From positions 272 through 64,271 of the forward strand of contig JAWDXK010000021.1 in assembly GCA_032477155.1 (NCBI GenBank): a stretch of 64,000 nucleotides of DNA, in the 5' to 3' direction. The stretch is from Dysgonomonas sp. (GTDB lineage Bacteria; Bacteroidota; Bacteroidia; Bacteroidales; Dysgonomonadaceae). Positions 36,042 through 46,985 of this stretch are shown piece after piece. The position numbers and the translations under genes are program-made. The notes under the pieces are model-generated. The model saw nothing but the letters and a program-made list of their open reading frames with translations. It did not search any database and was not told the DNA's origin. Every line of letters begins with the position of its first letter. Within the stretch, counting starts at the first letter, position 1.

Positions 36042-37634
36042 ATGAAACAAATTCCGTTTATTGCATTTATATGCCTGCTACTGCATATATTTGTTGCTTG
36101 TGAACCTGCTACGGATGTAAAACTACATGAGGCTGACCGATTGATGACGAATTCGCCCGATTCCTCTTTATGTATTTTACGCAGTATGCAATCTGATTAT
36201 CCTGATATGAATGATAAGGATAAGGCTTTCTATGGGCTCTTGTGGTTTCGCTTCATGAGTTCAAAAGCTTTAGATTTATCTCCTAAAGAGATGATCGATT
36301 TTTCTATTGATTATTATAAGCTGGAAAATGAAAAAGAACAGCTGGCCTACTGCTATTTATACAGGGGACAAATGCATAAGGGCAAGAGAGAATATGCCGG
36401 AGCAATTCAAGATCAATTTAAAGCCTTGGACTATTCTCAAGCTACTAATGATGATAAGCTAAAAGCCCGAATTTACTTTGAGTTAGGGCAAATTGCCGGA
36501 TACCAAGGAGAAGGGAAAAAAACATTAGATTATTACCAGCAAGCTTTAAATCATTTTAAAAGTGCCGGTGAGATGAATAATGTTTCTAAAATGTATATGA
36601 CTATGGGATGGGTTTTTTTAGCCATCGAAGATTATGATCAAGCCATTAAATATTCAAAAAAAGCTATTCAGACAACAAAAGATCCGATAGTTATAGGAGA
36701 TGTTCTGAATGATATTGGTTATAACTATTTTTTCAAAAACGAACTTGACTCTGCTGTATACTATATCCGCCAAAGTTTAGATTATCCTTATTTTAAATCA
36801 AACGGGGCCTCCCGTTATTATAAAATGGCAGATGTATTCTTATCTATGGACGAATTAGATTCTGCTAAAATTTATGTAAACAAAGCCTTAAGTATGCCTA
36901 TCGATATCTATTTTGAGGAAGAAAGCTATAGACTTCTGGTCAATATTTCTCTAAAAGAAAACGATACTGCAAATTTGGCTAAATACATGAAAAAACAGCA
37001 GATTTGCCAGGACTCTATAAAATCGTTAGAAGCTCAACCTAATATTAATTTACTTGAACAAATACATCAATCAGATGTAGAAAAAGATAAAGCAAAAAAA
37101 CAGCAATTATTATTGATTGTAACAATAGTTACTTTAATCTTTCTAGGAGGTATCTATTTATTCTATTTATATAAAAAGCATAAGAAAACGCAAGTAGAAG
37201 CAGATACATACCGCGATGAACTGGAAAAGAAACACGAAATATTAATGGCTGATCTTGCTGATGAAATAGAACAAACGCGTAAAAGGTATGCCGACCTGAG
37301 AAAAACTTTAAACTTTGAAGAAAGAGAGCAACTCGATAAAAGAATATATATTGAAGTATTAAGGCTTGAGAGTGAAGATACATTCATTGAAAAAATGAAT
37401 AAAATACTGAACCATCTTCCTGAAAAACTAAGAAGAGATTTTCCCAATATTATATTTAAGGATATTTTATGGTGCTGTTTATTTATGCTTAAACTATCTA
37501 CTGCTGATATATCCTTAATCATGGATTACAAACAGAGTAGCCAATACAAGTTCAAACAACGGTTGATAAAAAAACTGGGTTTCAACAATTCAAAAGAATT
37601 TGAGCAGATGCTGGAAGAAAAAATAAATATTTAA
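36042..37634 (+). CDS. TPR-containing transmembrane regulator with C-terminal HTH-like domain
   Basis: Lipobox-like FVAC, several TPRs, one TM, coiled coil, LSTADISLIM..KQRLIKKLG. Confidence 0.8.
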   Translation: MKQIPFIAFICLLLHIFVACEPATDVKLHEADRLMTNSPDSSLCILRSMQSDYPDMNDKDKAFYGLLWFRFMSSKALDLSPKEMIDFSIDYYKLENEKEQLAYCYLYRGQMHKGKREYAGAIQDQFKALDYSQATNDDKLKARIYFELGQIAGYQGEGKKTLDYYQQALNHFKSAGEMNNVSKMYMTMGWVFLAIEDYDQAIKYSKKAIQTTKDPIVIGDVLNDIGYNYFFKNELDSAVYYIRQSLDYPYFKSNGASRYYKMADVFLSMDELDSAKIYVNKALSMPIDIYFEEESYRLLVNISLKENDTANLAKYMKKQQICQDSIKSLEAQPNINLLEQIHQSDVEKDKAKKQQLLLIVTIVTLIFLGGIYLFYLYKKHKKTQVEADTYRDELEKKHEILMADLADEIEQTRKRYADLRKTLNFEEREQLDKRIYIEVLRLESEDTFIEKMNKILNHLPEKLRRDFPNIIFKDILWCCLFMLKLSTADISLIMDYKQSSQYKFKQRLIKKLGFNNSKEFEQMLEEKINI

Positions 37635-37994
37635 ATCTGTCTTATTTTTCTTGCATGTCAGGCATTGATATTGCCTTTGTCTCAAATTCTCCTATTGTCT
37701 CAGCAAAAATATACTATAAATCAACAATTTACAAAAGTGGTTGTCCCAAAGATATTCTATCTTATATTTGGGAAATATGTCTCTTAAATATACCTTTGAC
37801 ATATCAAATTTCCACTTTGATATTATTACAAAATTATATAATAATAGAAAATAATATTTGATATAACAATTTACACTAACACTTCAAACCTATCACAAAC
37901 CACAAGACGGATACCTCTTAAAGGTTAGCAAGTCTTTAAGGGTATCCGTTGTTTTTATGTTTAAACCTATGACTAATAATAACACTAATTTGAG

Positions 37995-40900
37995 ATGAAA
38001 CGCACATTTAATTATTCCGATGACAAATCAAGCAAATTCTGGAGTATTGATATCTCAGAAAATACATTTACTGTCAACTATGGAAAAATAGGAACAGCTG
38101 GACAAACCCAAACAAAAACTTTTGCTGATGAAGAAGCTTGCCAAAAAGAGGCAAATAAGTTGATTGCAGAAAAGACAAAAAAAGGATATATAGAAACAAG
38201 CTCTGCAAGCGATAGTTCAATTGTGAATACTTCGCCAGCTCCTAATAATAAAAAAGAAAAACCAAAAACAGAACAAAAGTCTATAGAATTACCAGCTGCC
38301 GAATTAATACCTGTTGCCATTCATGCTGATTTCAATCTGCCTGATAGCTACTGGAAGGTAATCGTTGAGAAAGACAGTTCTGAACTTAAAATAAGACATC
38401 ATCACTCAAATTGGTGTTACAACACAAAAATATTACCATCTGCTAAAGATGCTATTATTGATGCAGCTCAGCTGATCGTTGACAAGCTTGAAAACGGATT
38501 TGTTTTTGATGAAGGGGAAATGGTCATGCCGGATGGCAGTACAATGCCTGTAAACTTCGATACCATCAAAGCTCTTGCAGCATCAGCGCCTAAACTACCT
38601 AAAATCGGTTCGATCGTAAATTATGATCCGGGAAATCTATCACACACAAGCACTTATATAAAAGCTATCCGGAGCGGTAATACCGAACGTGTGAAACTAC
38701 TTTTAGATAGAGGAGCTTCTGCTACAGAAAAGATACAAACATCGAAAAGTAAGACCAGCAAACCTTTCGAAGTTGCTGTCGAAAGTAAGCAAAAAGATAT
38801 TATCAGCTTGTTTCTTCCTCTTATCGAACATCCTTATATTGTATATCGTTTAGGAGGATATGATTCTTTATCCATCTTATCATATGCATTCCGTGACATA
38901 GACGAAGAGGCAACAAAAACATTACTTGATGCCGGTTACCCTATAGAAAAAGACACCTCTATCTTCTATTGGCTATCTCATGCCAGTTTATCTCAAGATT
39001 TAGTAAATCACATTATAGAAAAAGCAGATCCTACTCATGATAAAGGTTATGCAGTGCTCGAAGCACTAAAACAGGATAAACCTGACTTAGCCATCCAAAT
39101 ATTAGATAGAGGTGTAACAGCTGATATATCACAAGTCGACCATGACTATCTAGAATATACAAAAACGCCTTTGATATTTGCTCTGGAACATTTTCCTGAC
39201 AATCTAGCCCTCTTTGAGAAATTGATTGAAAAAGGAGCTGATATAAGCGCCGGAGATGAATCGCATGCAACACCTCTGGATTATGCCTTGCTAGGGAAAG
39301 GAAGTCCTGAAGTTAGAGATCTTCTCCGTAAAAGTGCCACGGCGGCTCATGCATTCGCAAACGAAAAAGAAGCAGAGCTACATGCTTTTGTAAAAACGGG
39401 AGTAGATTATGGCTGGGGAGACAGAACCGCCTATCATCGGATTATAGAATTATTAGATGCAGGAGTTGATCCTAATTGTAAAGACGGATATGGCTGTACT
39501 CCTCTGCATTATGCATTAGCGAAACAGATTCCATGTTTCATCAAAGAATTATTACAATATGGCGCTGATCCAAATGCAAGAGATAATGAAGGGCGTACTC
39601 CTCTATTCTATTATCACCGTTCATACGGTGGAAACGGCTCTATTATATCCGAATTTGTAAAATCGGGAGCTGACGTAAATGCTATAGATAATCATGGGCG
39701 TACAATCCTTATGCATACAACAACAATTAAGGATGACCACGATATGCGTAGTGTAATGGAAACTTTCTTATGGCTCAAGGCAGATGTCACATCTACAGAT
39801 CCTAATGGAAATACTTACATGCATTATGCTGCCCTTGCCGATGTTGGAATCGATGCCGAAAATATTATTGGAGGTGCCGTAAACAATGGAGCAGACCTGA
39901 ATGCAATAAACAATGAAGGTTATGCACCTCTTCACCTCATGGTAAAAGCACCAAAAGATAAACGTCATACATTTCATGATTCAATGATTCGCCATATGTT
40001 ATCTTTCAAGGCAGATGTAAATGTACAGGATAATGAGGGCAATACTCCTATACACCTGACAGCCTACCCTTCTGATGACTATGGTGACCTAATATCCGGA
40101 AATCCTGATCTGATGATAAAGAATAATGCAGGGAAAACTGCTTTAGAATGCATCAAAGAAAATGGTTATTACGAAGGACGACTCAAAAAAGAAATAGATT
40201 CCCTATTGGAAGAAGCTGCTGCCGGAGGCCGTCAGTTGCCTCCTTTACAATGGATCCCGCAATCCGTAAATCCGGACGCTCCTACTCCTACAGAACTAAA
40301 TATTGTATCAGCTATGCTTATAACTGATAATGATGCAGATGATCATCTGGTATTCTTAGGAGATAATAAATTTGGTATTGTAGGTAATATACCTGGGGCA
40401 GCTACTATTGTAGACAGTATGCAAGGACAAATTATCTGGCATCTCAACAAATGTTATGATGGAGATGGCGGAGCCCCTATAGCTGATGAAGAAGCAATAT
40501 ATGTAGCAAGGGAAGATTGTGGTTCAAGATACCTTACCGCACATGAACCAGCAACCGGTGCAGAAATATGGCGTTGTGGATTATCTAGTAGCTATATGCA
40601 GTTTGGTACTATATTCGTACAAACAAAACAATTCCTGATTCACGCCAATATCTCTGCAAAAAAGATATATGTAGTAGATAAAACAAAGGGAAAGACTTCT
40701 GCCCGTATTCCTATGGCTCACCCTGTTAAACGATATGGTAGACGCGACCTTTTCACTTGCAAAGACAACTTATTCTTTTTTGGCATGGATGAGAAAAAAG
40801 GTGAATATGTTTTAGATTACTATGATCCGGAAGCTAAAACTTTTGTTAGTACTATCCATAGTTTCGGAGAAAATATGCCTTTTGCTGATTGTGTATATGA

Positions 40901-41402
40901 TGATTACTTATATGTACTTGTAGATGATGGCTGTTTGTATAAAATAGAGCTTCCTTCGGGTAATGTTGTAAATGTTGTAGATCACTGTCCGGAAATCGAA
41001 CATACTTTTAGTGGAAGCAAAGCCTTGAACATGGATGCAGACTGCAAACTGCATTATATATTAAGTAGCGAATGCGGACAATACAATGCACTCCACACTT
41101 ATGACGTTTCTACTGATAAGCTGGAAACGATCCACGACCTCAAAGAAATGAAATCAGAACTACACCCACGTGCTGCAACCAGCGACCGTTATGTATATTT
41201 ATTTGGTAGACATGGAAATACAGGACGTGAGATAGAAATATACGATGCACAAGAACAAAAAATGATTGCGAAAATGAAGTTGCCAAATCATGGCGGATAC
41301 GATTGGCAAGAACATGCCCTCGTTGTAGGTGATTCAATCTATGTTATCCAACGAGGAGGAGACGAATACGGAGACAACTCCGTACTTTACCGCATACAGT
41401 AG
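37995..41402 (+). CDS. WGR domain + ankyrin repeats + beta-propeller protein
   Basis: N-terminal WGR ([24 protein letters not shown]); ankyrin motifs ([37 protein letters not shown]); PQQ-like blades (EPATGAEIW). Confidence 0.85.
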   Translation: MKRTFNYSDDKSSKFWSIDISENTFTVNYGKIGTAGQTQTKTFADEEACQKEANKLIAEKTKKGYIETSSASDSSIVNTSPAPNNKKEKPKTEQKSIELPAAELIPVAIHADFNLPDSYWKVIVEKDSSELKIRHHHSNWCYNTKILPSAKDAIIDAAQLIVDKLENGFVFDEGEMVMPDGSTMPVNFDTIKALAASAPKLPKIGSIVNYDPGNLSHTSTYIKAIRSGNTERVKLLLDRGASATEKIQTSKSKTSKPFEVAVESKQKDIISLFLPLIEHPYIVYRLGGYDSLSILSYAFRDIDEEATKTLLDAGYPIEKDTSIFYWLSHASLSQDLVNHIIEKADPTHDKGYAVLEALKQDKPDLAIQILDRGVTADISQVDHDYLEYTKTPLIFALEHFPDNLALFEKLIEKGADISAGDESHATPLDYALLGKGSPEVRDLLRKSATAAHAFANEKEAELHAFVKTGVDYGWGDRTAYHRIIELLDAGVDPNCKDGYGCTPLHYALAKQIPCFIKELLQYGADPNARDNEGRTPLFYYHRSYGGNGSIISEFVKSGADVNAIDNHGRTILMHTTTIKDDHDMRSVMETFLWLKADVTSTDPNGNTYMHYAALADVGIDAENIIGGAVNNGADLNAINNEGYAPLHLMVKAPKDKRHTFHDSMIRHMLSFKADVNVQDNEGNTPIHLTAYPSDDYGDLISGNPDLMIKNNAGKTALECIKENGYYEGRLKKEIDSLLEEAAAGGRQLPPLQWIPQSVNPDAPTPTELNIVSAMLITDNDADDHLVFLGDNKFGIVGNIPGAATIVDSMQGQIIWHLNKCYDGDGGAPIADEEAIYVAREDCGSRYLTAHEPATGAEIWRCGLSSSYMQFGTIFVQTKQFLIHANISAKKIYVVDKTKGKTSARIPMAHPVKRYGRRDLFTCKDNLFFFGMDEKKGEYVLDYYDPEAKTFVSTIHSFGENMPFADCVYDDYLYVLVDDGCLYKIELPSGNVVNVVDHCPEIEHTFSGSKALNMDADCKLHYILSSECGQYNALHTYDVSTDKLETIHDLKEMKSELHPRAATSDRYVYLFGRHGNTGREIEIYDAQEQKMIAKMKLPNHGGYDWQEHALVVGDSIYVIQRGGDEYGDNSVLYRIQ

Positions 41403-41427
41403 GTATAGTGAATTATATTAATGCATT

Positions 41428-41458
41428 GCGGAACAGATGTTTGCCTGTTCCGCTTTTC
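41428..41458 (+). terminator. Intrinsic terminator
   Basis: gcggaacag-atgtttgc-ctgttccgc followed by a T-run. Confidence 0.7.
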
Positions 41459-41589
41459 TTTTGTACAGTTTCGTCACAGAAAAGAAGTATTGTCTTTATA
41501 TTATATTTAGATTTTCGCTTTATAATAGGAATAGCTAATAATTAAAAAAGTCCTATCTTTGCACCACAAAACAAATATAAAATAAGATA

Positions 41590-42693
41590 ATGGCATTACA
41601 ATGTGGTATAGTAGGCCTTCCGAATGTAGGAAAATCTACTCTTTTCAACTGTTTATCAAACGCAAAAGCACAATCAGCAAATTTCCCATTCTGTACAATA
41701 GAACCGAATGTAGGTGTTATTACAGTTCCTGACGAACGGTTAAACAAACTTGCCGAATTAGTAAAGCCAAATCGTATTGTGCCTACTACTGTAGAAATTG
41801 TAGACATTGCCGGACTAGTAAAAGGTGCCAGCAAAGGTGAAGGCCTAGGTAATAAATTCCTTGCTAATATTCGCGAAACAGATGCCATACTTCACGTTTT
41901 ACGTTGCTTCGATGATGATAATATTACACATGTAGATGGCAGTGTAAATCCCGTACGTGACAAAGAGATTATTGATATAGAACTCCAATTGAAAGACCTT
42001 GAAACCATTCAGGCACGCATACAAAAAGTAGAAAAGCAGGCTAAAACCGGTGGGGATAAAGAAGCAAAACGTACTTATGATATTCTTGTCCAATTTAAAG
42101 AAGCTCTGGAACAAGGAAAATCAGCGCGTACTGTAAAGTTTGACAATAAAGAGGACGAAAAAATAGCTAAAGAACTCTATCTTCTTACATATAAGCCTGT
42201 ATTATATGTTTGCAATGTAGACGAGGCTAGTGCTGTTTCGGGTAATAAATATGTGGAACAGGTAGATCAAGCTATAAAAGATGAAGATGCTCAAATCTTA
42301 GTTGTTGCCGCTAAAATAGAATCAGAAATTGCAGAATTCGAAGATTATGAAGAGCGTCAAATGTTTTTAAGCGAAATTGGGCTTGAGGAATCGGGAGTTG
42401 CCCGACTGATAAAAGCAGCATACAGATTATTGGGACTACAAACCTATTTCACAGCCGGAATACAGGAAGTACGTGCATGGACATTTGTTGCAGGATGGAA
42501 AGCTCCACAATGCGCAGGTGTAATCCATACCGATTTCGAAAAAGGATTTATACGAGCAGAGGTTATCAAACTCAATGACTTTATCACTCTCGGCTCTGAG
42601 GCAGCTGTTAAAGAAGCCGGAAAGATGAGTGTAGAAGGAAAAGAGTATATTGTGGAAGATGGTGACATTATGCACTTCAGATTCAATGTATGA
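41590..42693 (+). CDS. ychF: Redox-regulated ATPase YchF
   Basis: GLPNVGKST, ANFPFCTIEPN, DIAGLVKGASKGEGLGNKFL, IHTDFEKGFIRAEV, HFRFNV. Confidence 0.98.
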   Translation: MALQCGIVGLPNVGKSTLFNCLSNAKAQSANFPFCTIEPNVGVITVPDERLNKLAELVKPNRIVPTTVEIVDIAGLVKGASKGEGLGNKFLANIRETDAILHVLRCFDDDNITHVDGSVNPVRDKEIIDIELQLKDLETIQARIQKVEKQAKTGGDKEAKRTYDILVQFKEALEQGKSARTVKFDNKEDEKIAKELYLLTYKPVLYVCNVDEASAVSGNKYVEQVDQAIKDEDAQILVVAAKIESEIAEFEDYEERQMFLSEIGLEESGVARLIKAAYRLLGLQTYFTAGIQEVRAWTFVAGWKAPQCAGVIHTDFEKGFIRAEVIKLNDFITLGSEAAVKEAGKMSVEGKEYIVEDGDIMHFRFNV

Positions 42694-43511
42694 TAATAAA
42701 TTACGACTCACCCGGGCAATTGTGCAATAGGATATGGTCTTTGTTACCATCTATTGCATATGGGCTTGAGAGTGAAGAAAAAGTAATAATTATAAATTTT
42801 GAAGAATATTCAACCCTTTTTGAGGATTTAAATAAGAATAAACTAATTAGATTTGTACCTCTAAAACTTTTAAAAAAGGTTTTACACTCTTTGAAAGTTA
42901 GAGGATATATACAGAATGGGCACCCTAATATTTTCTCAAAGCTATTCAGACTAAACCTAATAGAAGGATGGTCGAATCGTCTGGGGAATGTAGAGATGGT
43001 AGAGAAACAAGCTGAAACAATCCGGCAAATATTCACATTTCGAAAAGATATTGTAGATATTGTTGATGCCGAATTATCTAAGCAGGATGCCGAATTACTG
43101 ATTGGAATACATATTCGCAGAGGCGATTATAAAGAATGGCTCAATGGCTCTTTCTATTACACGGACGAAGTTTATCTGAAAGTAATAGAAGATATAGAGA
43201 AACAATTGAAAGATAATGGTAAAGCAGTAAAATTCCTACTTTGTTCGAATGAAGAAATAAACATGGACAATTTTAAGGAATACAGCTGTTTCACTATTCC
43301 TCAGTCATCAGGAGCTAAAGACCTGTATGCATTATCCAAATGTGACTATATCGTAGGTCCTCCCAGTTCATATTCGCAATGGGCTTCATTCTATGGCAAA
43401 ACGCCTTTGAAGTTTATAATGGATAGCAGTGAAAGAATTAAGCTACACCAATTTTCCACTATAACTGCATTAAGCAAATTCGAAAATGGTGATATATTAA
43501 ATATAGACTAA
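42690..43511 (+). CDS. GT11-like alpha-1,2-fucosyltransferase
   Basis: GQLCN, GIHIRRGDY, DLYALSKCDYIVGPPSSYSQWA motifs. Confidence 0.82.
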   Translation: MIINYDSPGQLCNRIWSLLPSIAYGLESEEKVIIINFEEYSTLFEDLNKNKLIRFVPLKLLKKVLHSLKVRGYIQNGHPNIFSKLFRLNLIEGWSNRLGNVEMVEKQAETIRQIFTFRKDIVDIVDAELSKQDAELLIGIHIRRGDYKEWLNGSFYYTDEVYLKVIEDIEKQLKDNGKAVKFLLCSNEEINMDNFKEYSCFTIPQSSGAKDLYALSKCDYIVGPPSSYSQWASFYGKTPLKFIMDSSERIKLHQFSTITALSKFENGDILNID

Positions 43512-43523
43512 AAAAGTACGACA

Positions 43524-43952
43524 ATGATAATTTCAGCAGACAAAAAGGACTACCCTGTGCTGATAGATGTATGGGAAAGTGCAGTAAAAGCCACTCATGA
43601 TTTTTTGTCAGACGAGGATTTTGAGTTTTATAAACAACATATCCCAATCTATTTCCAGCATGTTGATCTATATCTTTATAAGAACAATAATGGTGAAATA
43701 AAAGGATTTTTAGGAGTATCGGACGATAATATAGAAATGCTATTTGTTGACAACAGTAGCAGAGGGTCTGGCATAGGAACAATATTACTCGACTTTGCTG
43801 TAAATGAACTGAATGCCAGAAAAGTTGACGTAAACGAACAAAATAAGCAGGCCTTAAACTTTTATTACCATTTTGGGTTTAAAGAAGTAGACCGTTCCGA
43901 ATTTGATGGAGAAGGCAAAGCTTATCCTATCCTACACTTGCTAAAAAAATAA
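43524..43952 (+). CDS. GNAT acetyltransferase (YjaB-like)
   Basis: WESAVKATHDFL, IEMLFV, RGSGIG, VDVNEQN..A..FY, YPILHL. Confidence 0.9.
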   Translation: MIISADKKDYPVLIDVWESAVKATHDFLSDEDFEFYKQHIPIYFQHVDLYLYKNNNGEIKGFLGVSDDNIEMLFVDNSSRGSGIGTILLDFAVNELNARKVDVNEQNKQALNFYYHFGFKEVDRSEFDGEGKAYPILHLLKK

Positions 43953-43996
43953 AATGTAACCTGAATTCATTTAATAATTATCTAAATATCTGGAAT

Positions 43997-44650
43997 ATGG
44001 CTAAGGAAAATAAAATTACAACTGTCTTGTTCGGTCTCGATGGAGTAGTTGTGGATACAGAACGCGATTATGATAAATTCTGGAATAAGATTGCGCAGGA
44101 AAATGAGCTGAAAATAGACAATTTTCCGGCCATAATAAAAGGGATGACACTAAACTCAATCATCGAGCTATATTTTACAATTTCCTCTACAGAAGAAAAA
44201 CAAGCAATTAAACAAGCTTGTGCTGCAATGGAGCAATCTATCGATTACAAAAAAGCAATTATCCCGGGAGTATTGGATTTTATTAAATATGTAAAAGACA
44301 CTGACTATAAGGTTGGATTGGTAACCAGCTCTCCATCAACTAAAGTAAAAGTAGTATTAGAGCAACTTGGCCTTAACGGCACTTTCGACACTATCATAAC
44401 TTCTGATAGTATAAAGAAAGGAAAGCCGGACCCGATGGGATATGTTTTAGCAAAAACAAACTTAGGCGTACAATCTAGCGAATGTATTGTTTTCGAAGAT
44501 GCTTTCACTGGCATAAAAGCCGCAACATATGCCTTTATGCGTGTCATAGGAGTTTCCACAACCCTATCTGAAGACTTTCTGAAAGATTATACATATGGTG
44601 TTATATCCGATTTTTCTGATACGGAAAAATTAAAAACATTCTTGAAATAA
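43997..44650 (+). CDS. HAD-family phosphatase-like protein (motif I nucleophile Asp replaced by Gly)
   Basis: LFGLDGVVVDTE, VTSS, GKPDP, VFEDA..GI.AA. Confidence 0.85.
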   Translation: MAKENKITTVLFGLDGVVVDTERDYDKFWNKIAQENELKIDNFPAIIKGMTLNSIIELYFTISSTEEKQAIKQACAAMEQSIDYKKAIIPGVLDFIKYVKDTDYKVGLVTSSPSTKVKVVLEQLGLNGTFDTIITSDSIKKGKPDPMGYVLAKTNLGVQSSECIVFEDAFTGIKAATYAFMRVIGVSTTLSEDFLKDYTYGVISDFSDTEKLKTFLK

Positions 44651-44676
44651 TTAATATTTAAGATAATAAGACAAAG

Positions 44677-44706
44677 AAGGAGCAACTGGTAGTTGCTCTT
44701 TTTTTG
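44677..44706 (+). terminator. Intrinsic terminator
   Basis: gagcaact-ggt-agttgctc followed by a T-run. Confidence 0.75.
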
Positions 44707-44783
44707 TCTGTTTATGATGGTTAATAACAAAATTTATTATAATTTGCATAGTTTTTTAGCACTGATATAAATACTGATACAAA

Positions 44784-46598
44784 ATGCATAATAATATTTC
44801 CATTGTATTGTTAATACGAAAGCTCCTTCTATTTACTTTCTTATCCCTAATATCTATAATTTCGAGAGGGACTAATACCGACAGCCTGTTTATAGGCAAT
44901 CATAACACAATTTATTACTACAACTCCGATACAATATTTACAAACTATGCTAACAAAGGATTTACATCTGTAATAAGTGATTTATACGAATATTATGAAG
45001 ATATCTTTTGGAATTTACCTGCTGAGAAAAAATCTTCAGAAATCGAAAAAATGAGAGTTATAGCAGAAAATTATAACTCTATTCCCCTACAACTAGAGAC
45101 CCAATTTATAGAAACTCTCATATTACCCGAATACAACAATGACGAAATAGAAGCCAAAGCAAAACAATTCCAAAGTATCATAGACAGGAGTAATACTGAA
45201 CATATAATAATGAAACTCCGAAGCCAGGAAGCTATTTTCGACTTATATTGGAGACATACAAAATATGCAAAAGCCTTTAGCCAGATTCACTTGATGAATA
45301 ACACGCTGAAGGAAATAAAAGATGATCAGTTCCCGGATAAAGGGCATTTCTATTTCAAAATAGGAGAAGCCTATTATGTATTCAGCGATTACGAAAAAGC
45401 AATTCCTATTCTAAGAAAAGCAATACAACCTTCAAAATTTTACTGCGACAGAGCTAATTTACAAGCTTCGAATTTACTTGGGAAATACTACCTTACAAAA
45501 GGAGAAATTGACTCTTCAAAATACTATTTCCGACTAGCATACAATAGCCACGACAAGGTAAAATCCAGATCAATGTATGATGCCATAGCTTTAAGCAATT
45601 TGGGTTACAGCCTGATAGAAGGAGGAGAGTACGATGAAGCTATATCCTATTTTCAAGCAGGACTTGATCGTATGTTGCTCGATAATGACTATGTAAGAAC
45701 CTCTGAAACTATTTTAGGATTAGCTCATTGCTATTTAGGGAAAAATAATCGTAAAGAGACAAAACGGATGATAGACTCTTCACTAGTATATATCGAAAAA
45801 TCTGATAATAGAGAACTTTATCGTTCGATCTACCCATTAATGAGTAAATATTATTCAAGAATTGGGAAAAGTGAACTAGCTGAAGCTTATCTGGATTCTA
45901 CAATAGCTGTAAACAACAGATATATAGAAAAATATAACAGTAAATATATTTTATTAGCAGAACAGGAATTATTCGAAACCTCATCTATTGCAAAGGATGA
46001 AGAGCTAAAATATCAAAAAGAAAAATATAATGACCGTATATTTTACAGCTCACTTATTATCATAGCTATTTCTCTGGGACTTGTGATAGCAATCATTCTT
46101 TACCGTAGAAACAAGAATGCTTACAGGGCACTAGTCCAAAAAAATCAGGATTGGGCAGGTGCACAACAAGCGCCAGAAGCAGTATCAGAACCAATCTCTC
46201 CGGATCCGGATACACCAACAGAAGAGATCGAAAATGAACCTGATGAAGAAGATATCAGATTGATGCAGGAAGTATCAGAACTGATGAAAAAAGACAAACT
46301 ATTCAAAGACCTCGATATAACTTTGGATTCTCTTTCAAAGCAAATGAATGTAAACAGAAACTACCTGTCGAAAGCAATAAACAAAACAACAGGGAAAAAT
46401 TTCAATACCTTTATCAATGAATATCGGATAAAAGAAGCTATAAAAATAATGTCTGATAAGAAATCCGATCTTATCTCTATTGATGCAATTGCTTTGGAAG
46501 TTGGCTTCGGCAATAGAACTTCTTTTTATCAATCCTTCAAAAAAATAACAGGACTTTCTCCATCCGATTTTAGAAATAACAAGAATACACCAAAATAG
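44784..46598 (+). CDS. TPR-containing transmembrane AraC-family regulator
   Basis: TPRs, one TM, C-terminal NRNYLSKAIN..FNTFINEYRI..VGFGNRTSFYQSFKKITGLSP. Confidence 0.9.
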   Translation: MHNNISIVLLIRKLLLFTFLSLISIISRGTNTDSLFIGNHNTIYYYNSDTIFTNYANKGFTSVISDLYEYYEDIFWNLPAEKKSSEIEKMRVIAENYNSIPLQLETQFIETLILPEYNNDEIEAKAKQFQSIIDRSNTEHIIMKLRSQEAIFDLYWRHTKYAKAFSQIHLMNNTLKEIKDDQFPDKGHFYFKIGEAYYVFSDYEKAIPILRKAIQPSKFYCDRANLQASNLLGKYYLTKGEIDSSKYYFRLAYNSHDKVKSRSMYDAIALSNLGYSLIEGGEYDEAISYFQAGLDRMLLDNDYVRTSETILGLAHCYLGKNNRKETKRMIDSSLVYIEKSDNRELYRSIYPLMSKYYSRIGKSELAEAYLDSTIAVNNRYIEKYNSKYILLAEQELFETSSIAKDEELKYQKEKYNDRIFYSSLIIIAISLGLVIAIILYRRNKNAYRALVQKNQDWAGAQQAPEAVSEPISPDPDTPTEEIENEPDEEDIRLMQEVSELMKKDKLFKDLDITLDSLSKQMNVNRNYLSKAINKTTGKNFNTFINEYRIKEAIKIMSDKKSDLISIDAIALEVGFGNRTSFYQSFKKITGLSPSDFRNNKNTPK

Positions 46599-46626
46599 AT
46601 ATTTTATCAATTAATTATTTATCAAT

Positions 46627-46666
46627 ATTTTACATGTAAGCATTTATAAATACTTACATGTAAAAT
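46627..46666. repeat. Near-perfect 40-bp palindrome
   Basis: attttacatgtaag-c-atttataaat-a-cttacatgtaaaat. Confidence 0.8.
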
Positions 46667-46985
46667 CTGTAATGAGTATTCAAAATACAAACAAATAAAT
46701 GAAATCAAATCCTCTGATTTTCCCTTTATTTAAAAGATAAAAGTTGTGGTTAGAAATCATAATTTTTAACAAATAAACGACATCTACTTTATACTTTTAC
46801 AATTGAAAAATAAGCGGATTTTTTTCAATCTTATCGAACAGCTTTATTACACACACAACTTTATGACTTTTCAAGAGTATCCACCCGGATACTCTTTTTT
46901 ATTTTTATACTCCACCAAAAAAGAGCAACTTTGGAAAAGTATAAGTATCTAATGATAGATAATTTTGTATTGAAATAATACAGTT

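Noticed and set aside
37655..37861. 68-aa ORF between the TPR regulator and the WGR gene
   Set aside because: Overlaps the operator and promoter elements and has no protein features.
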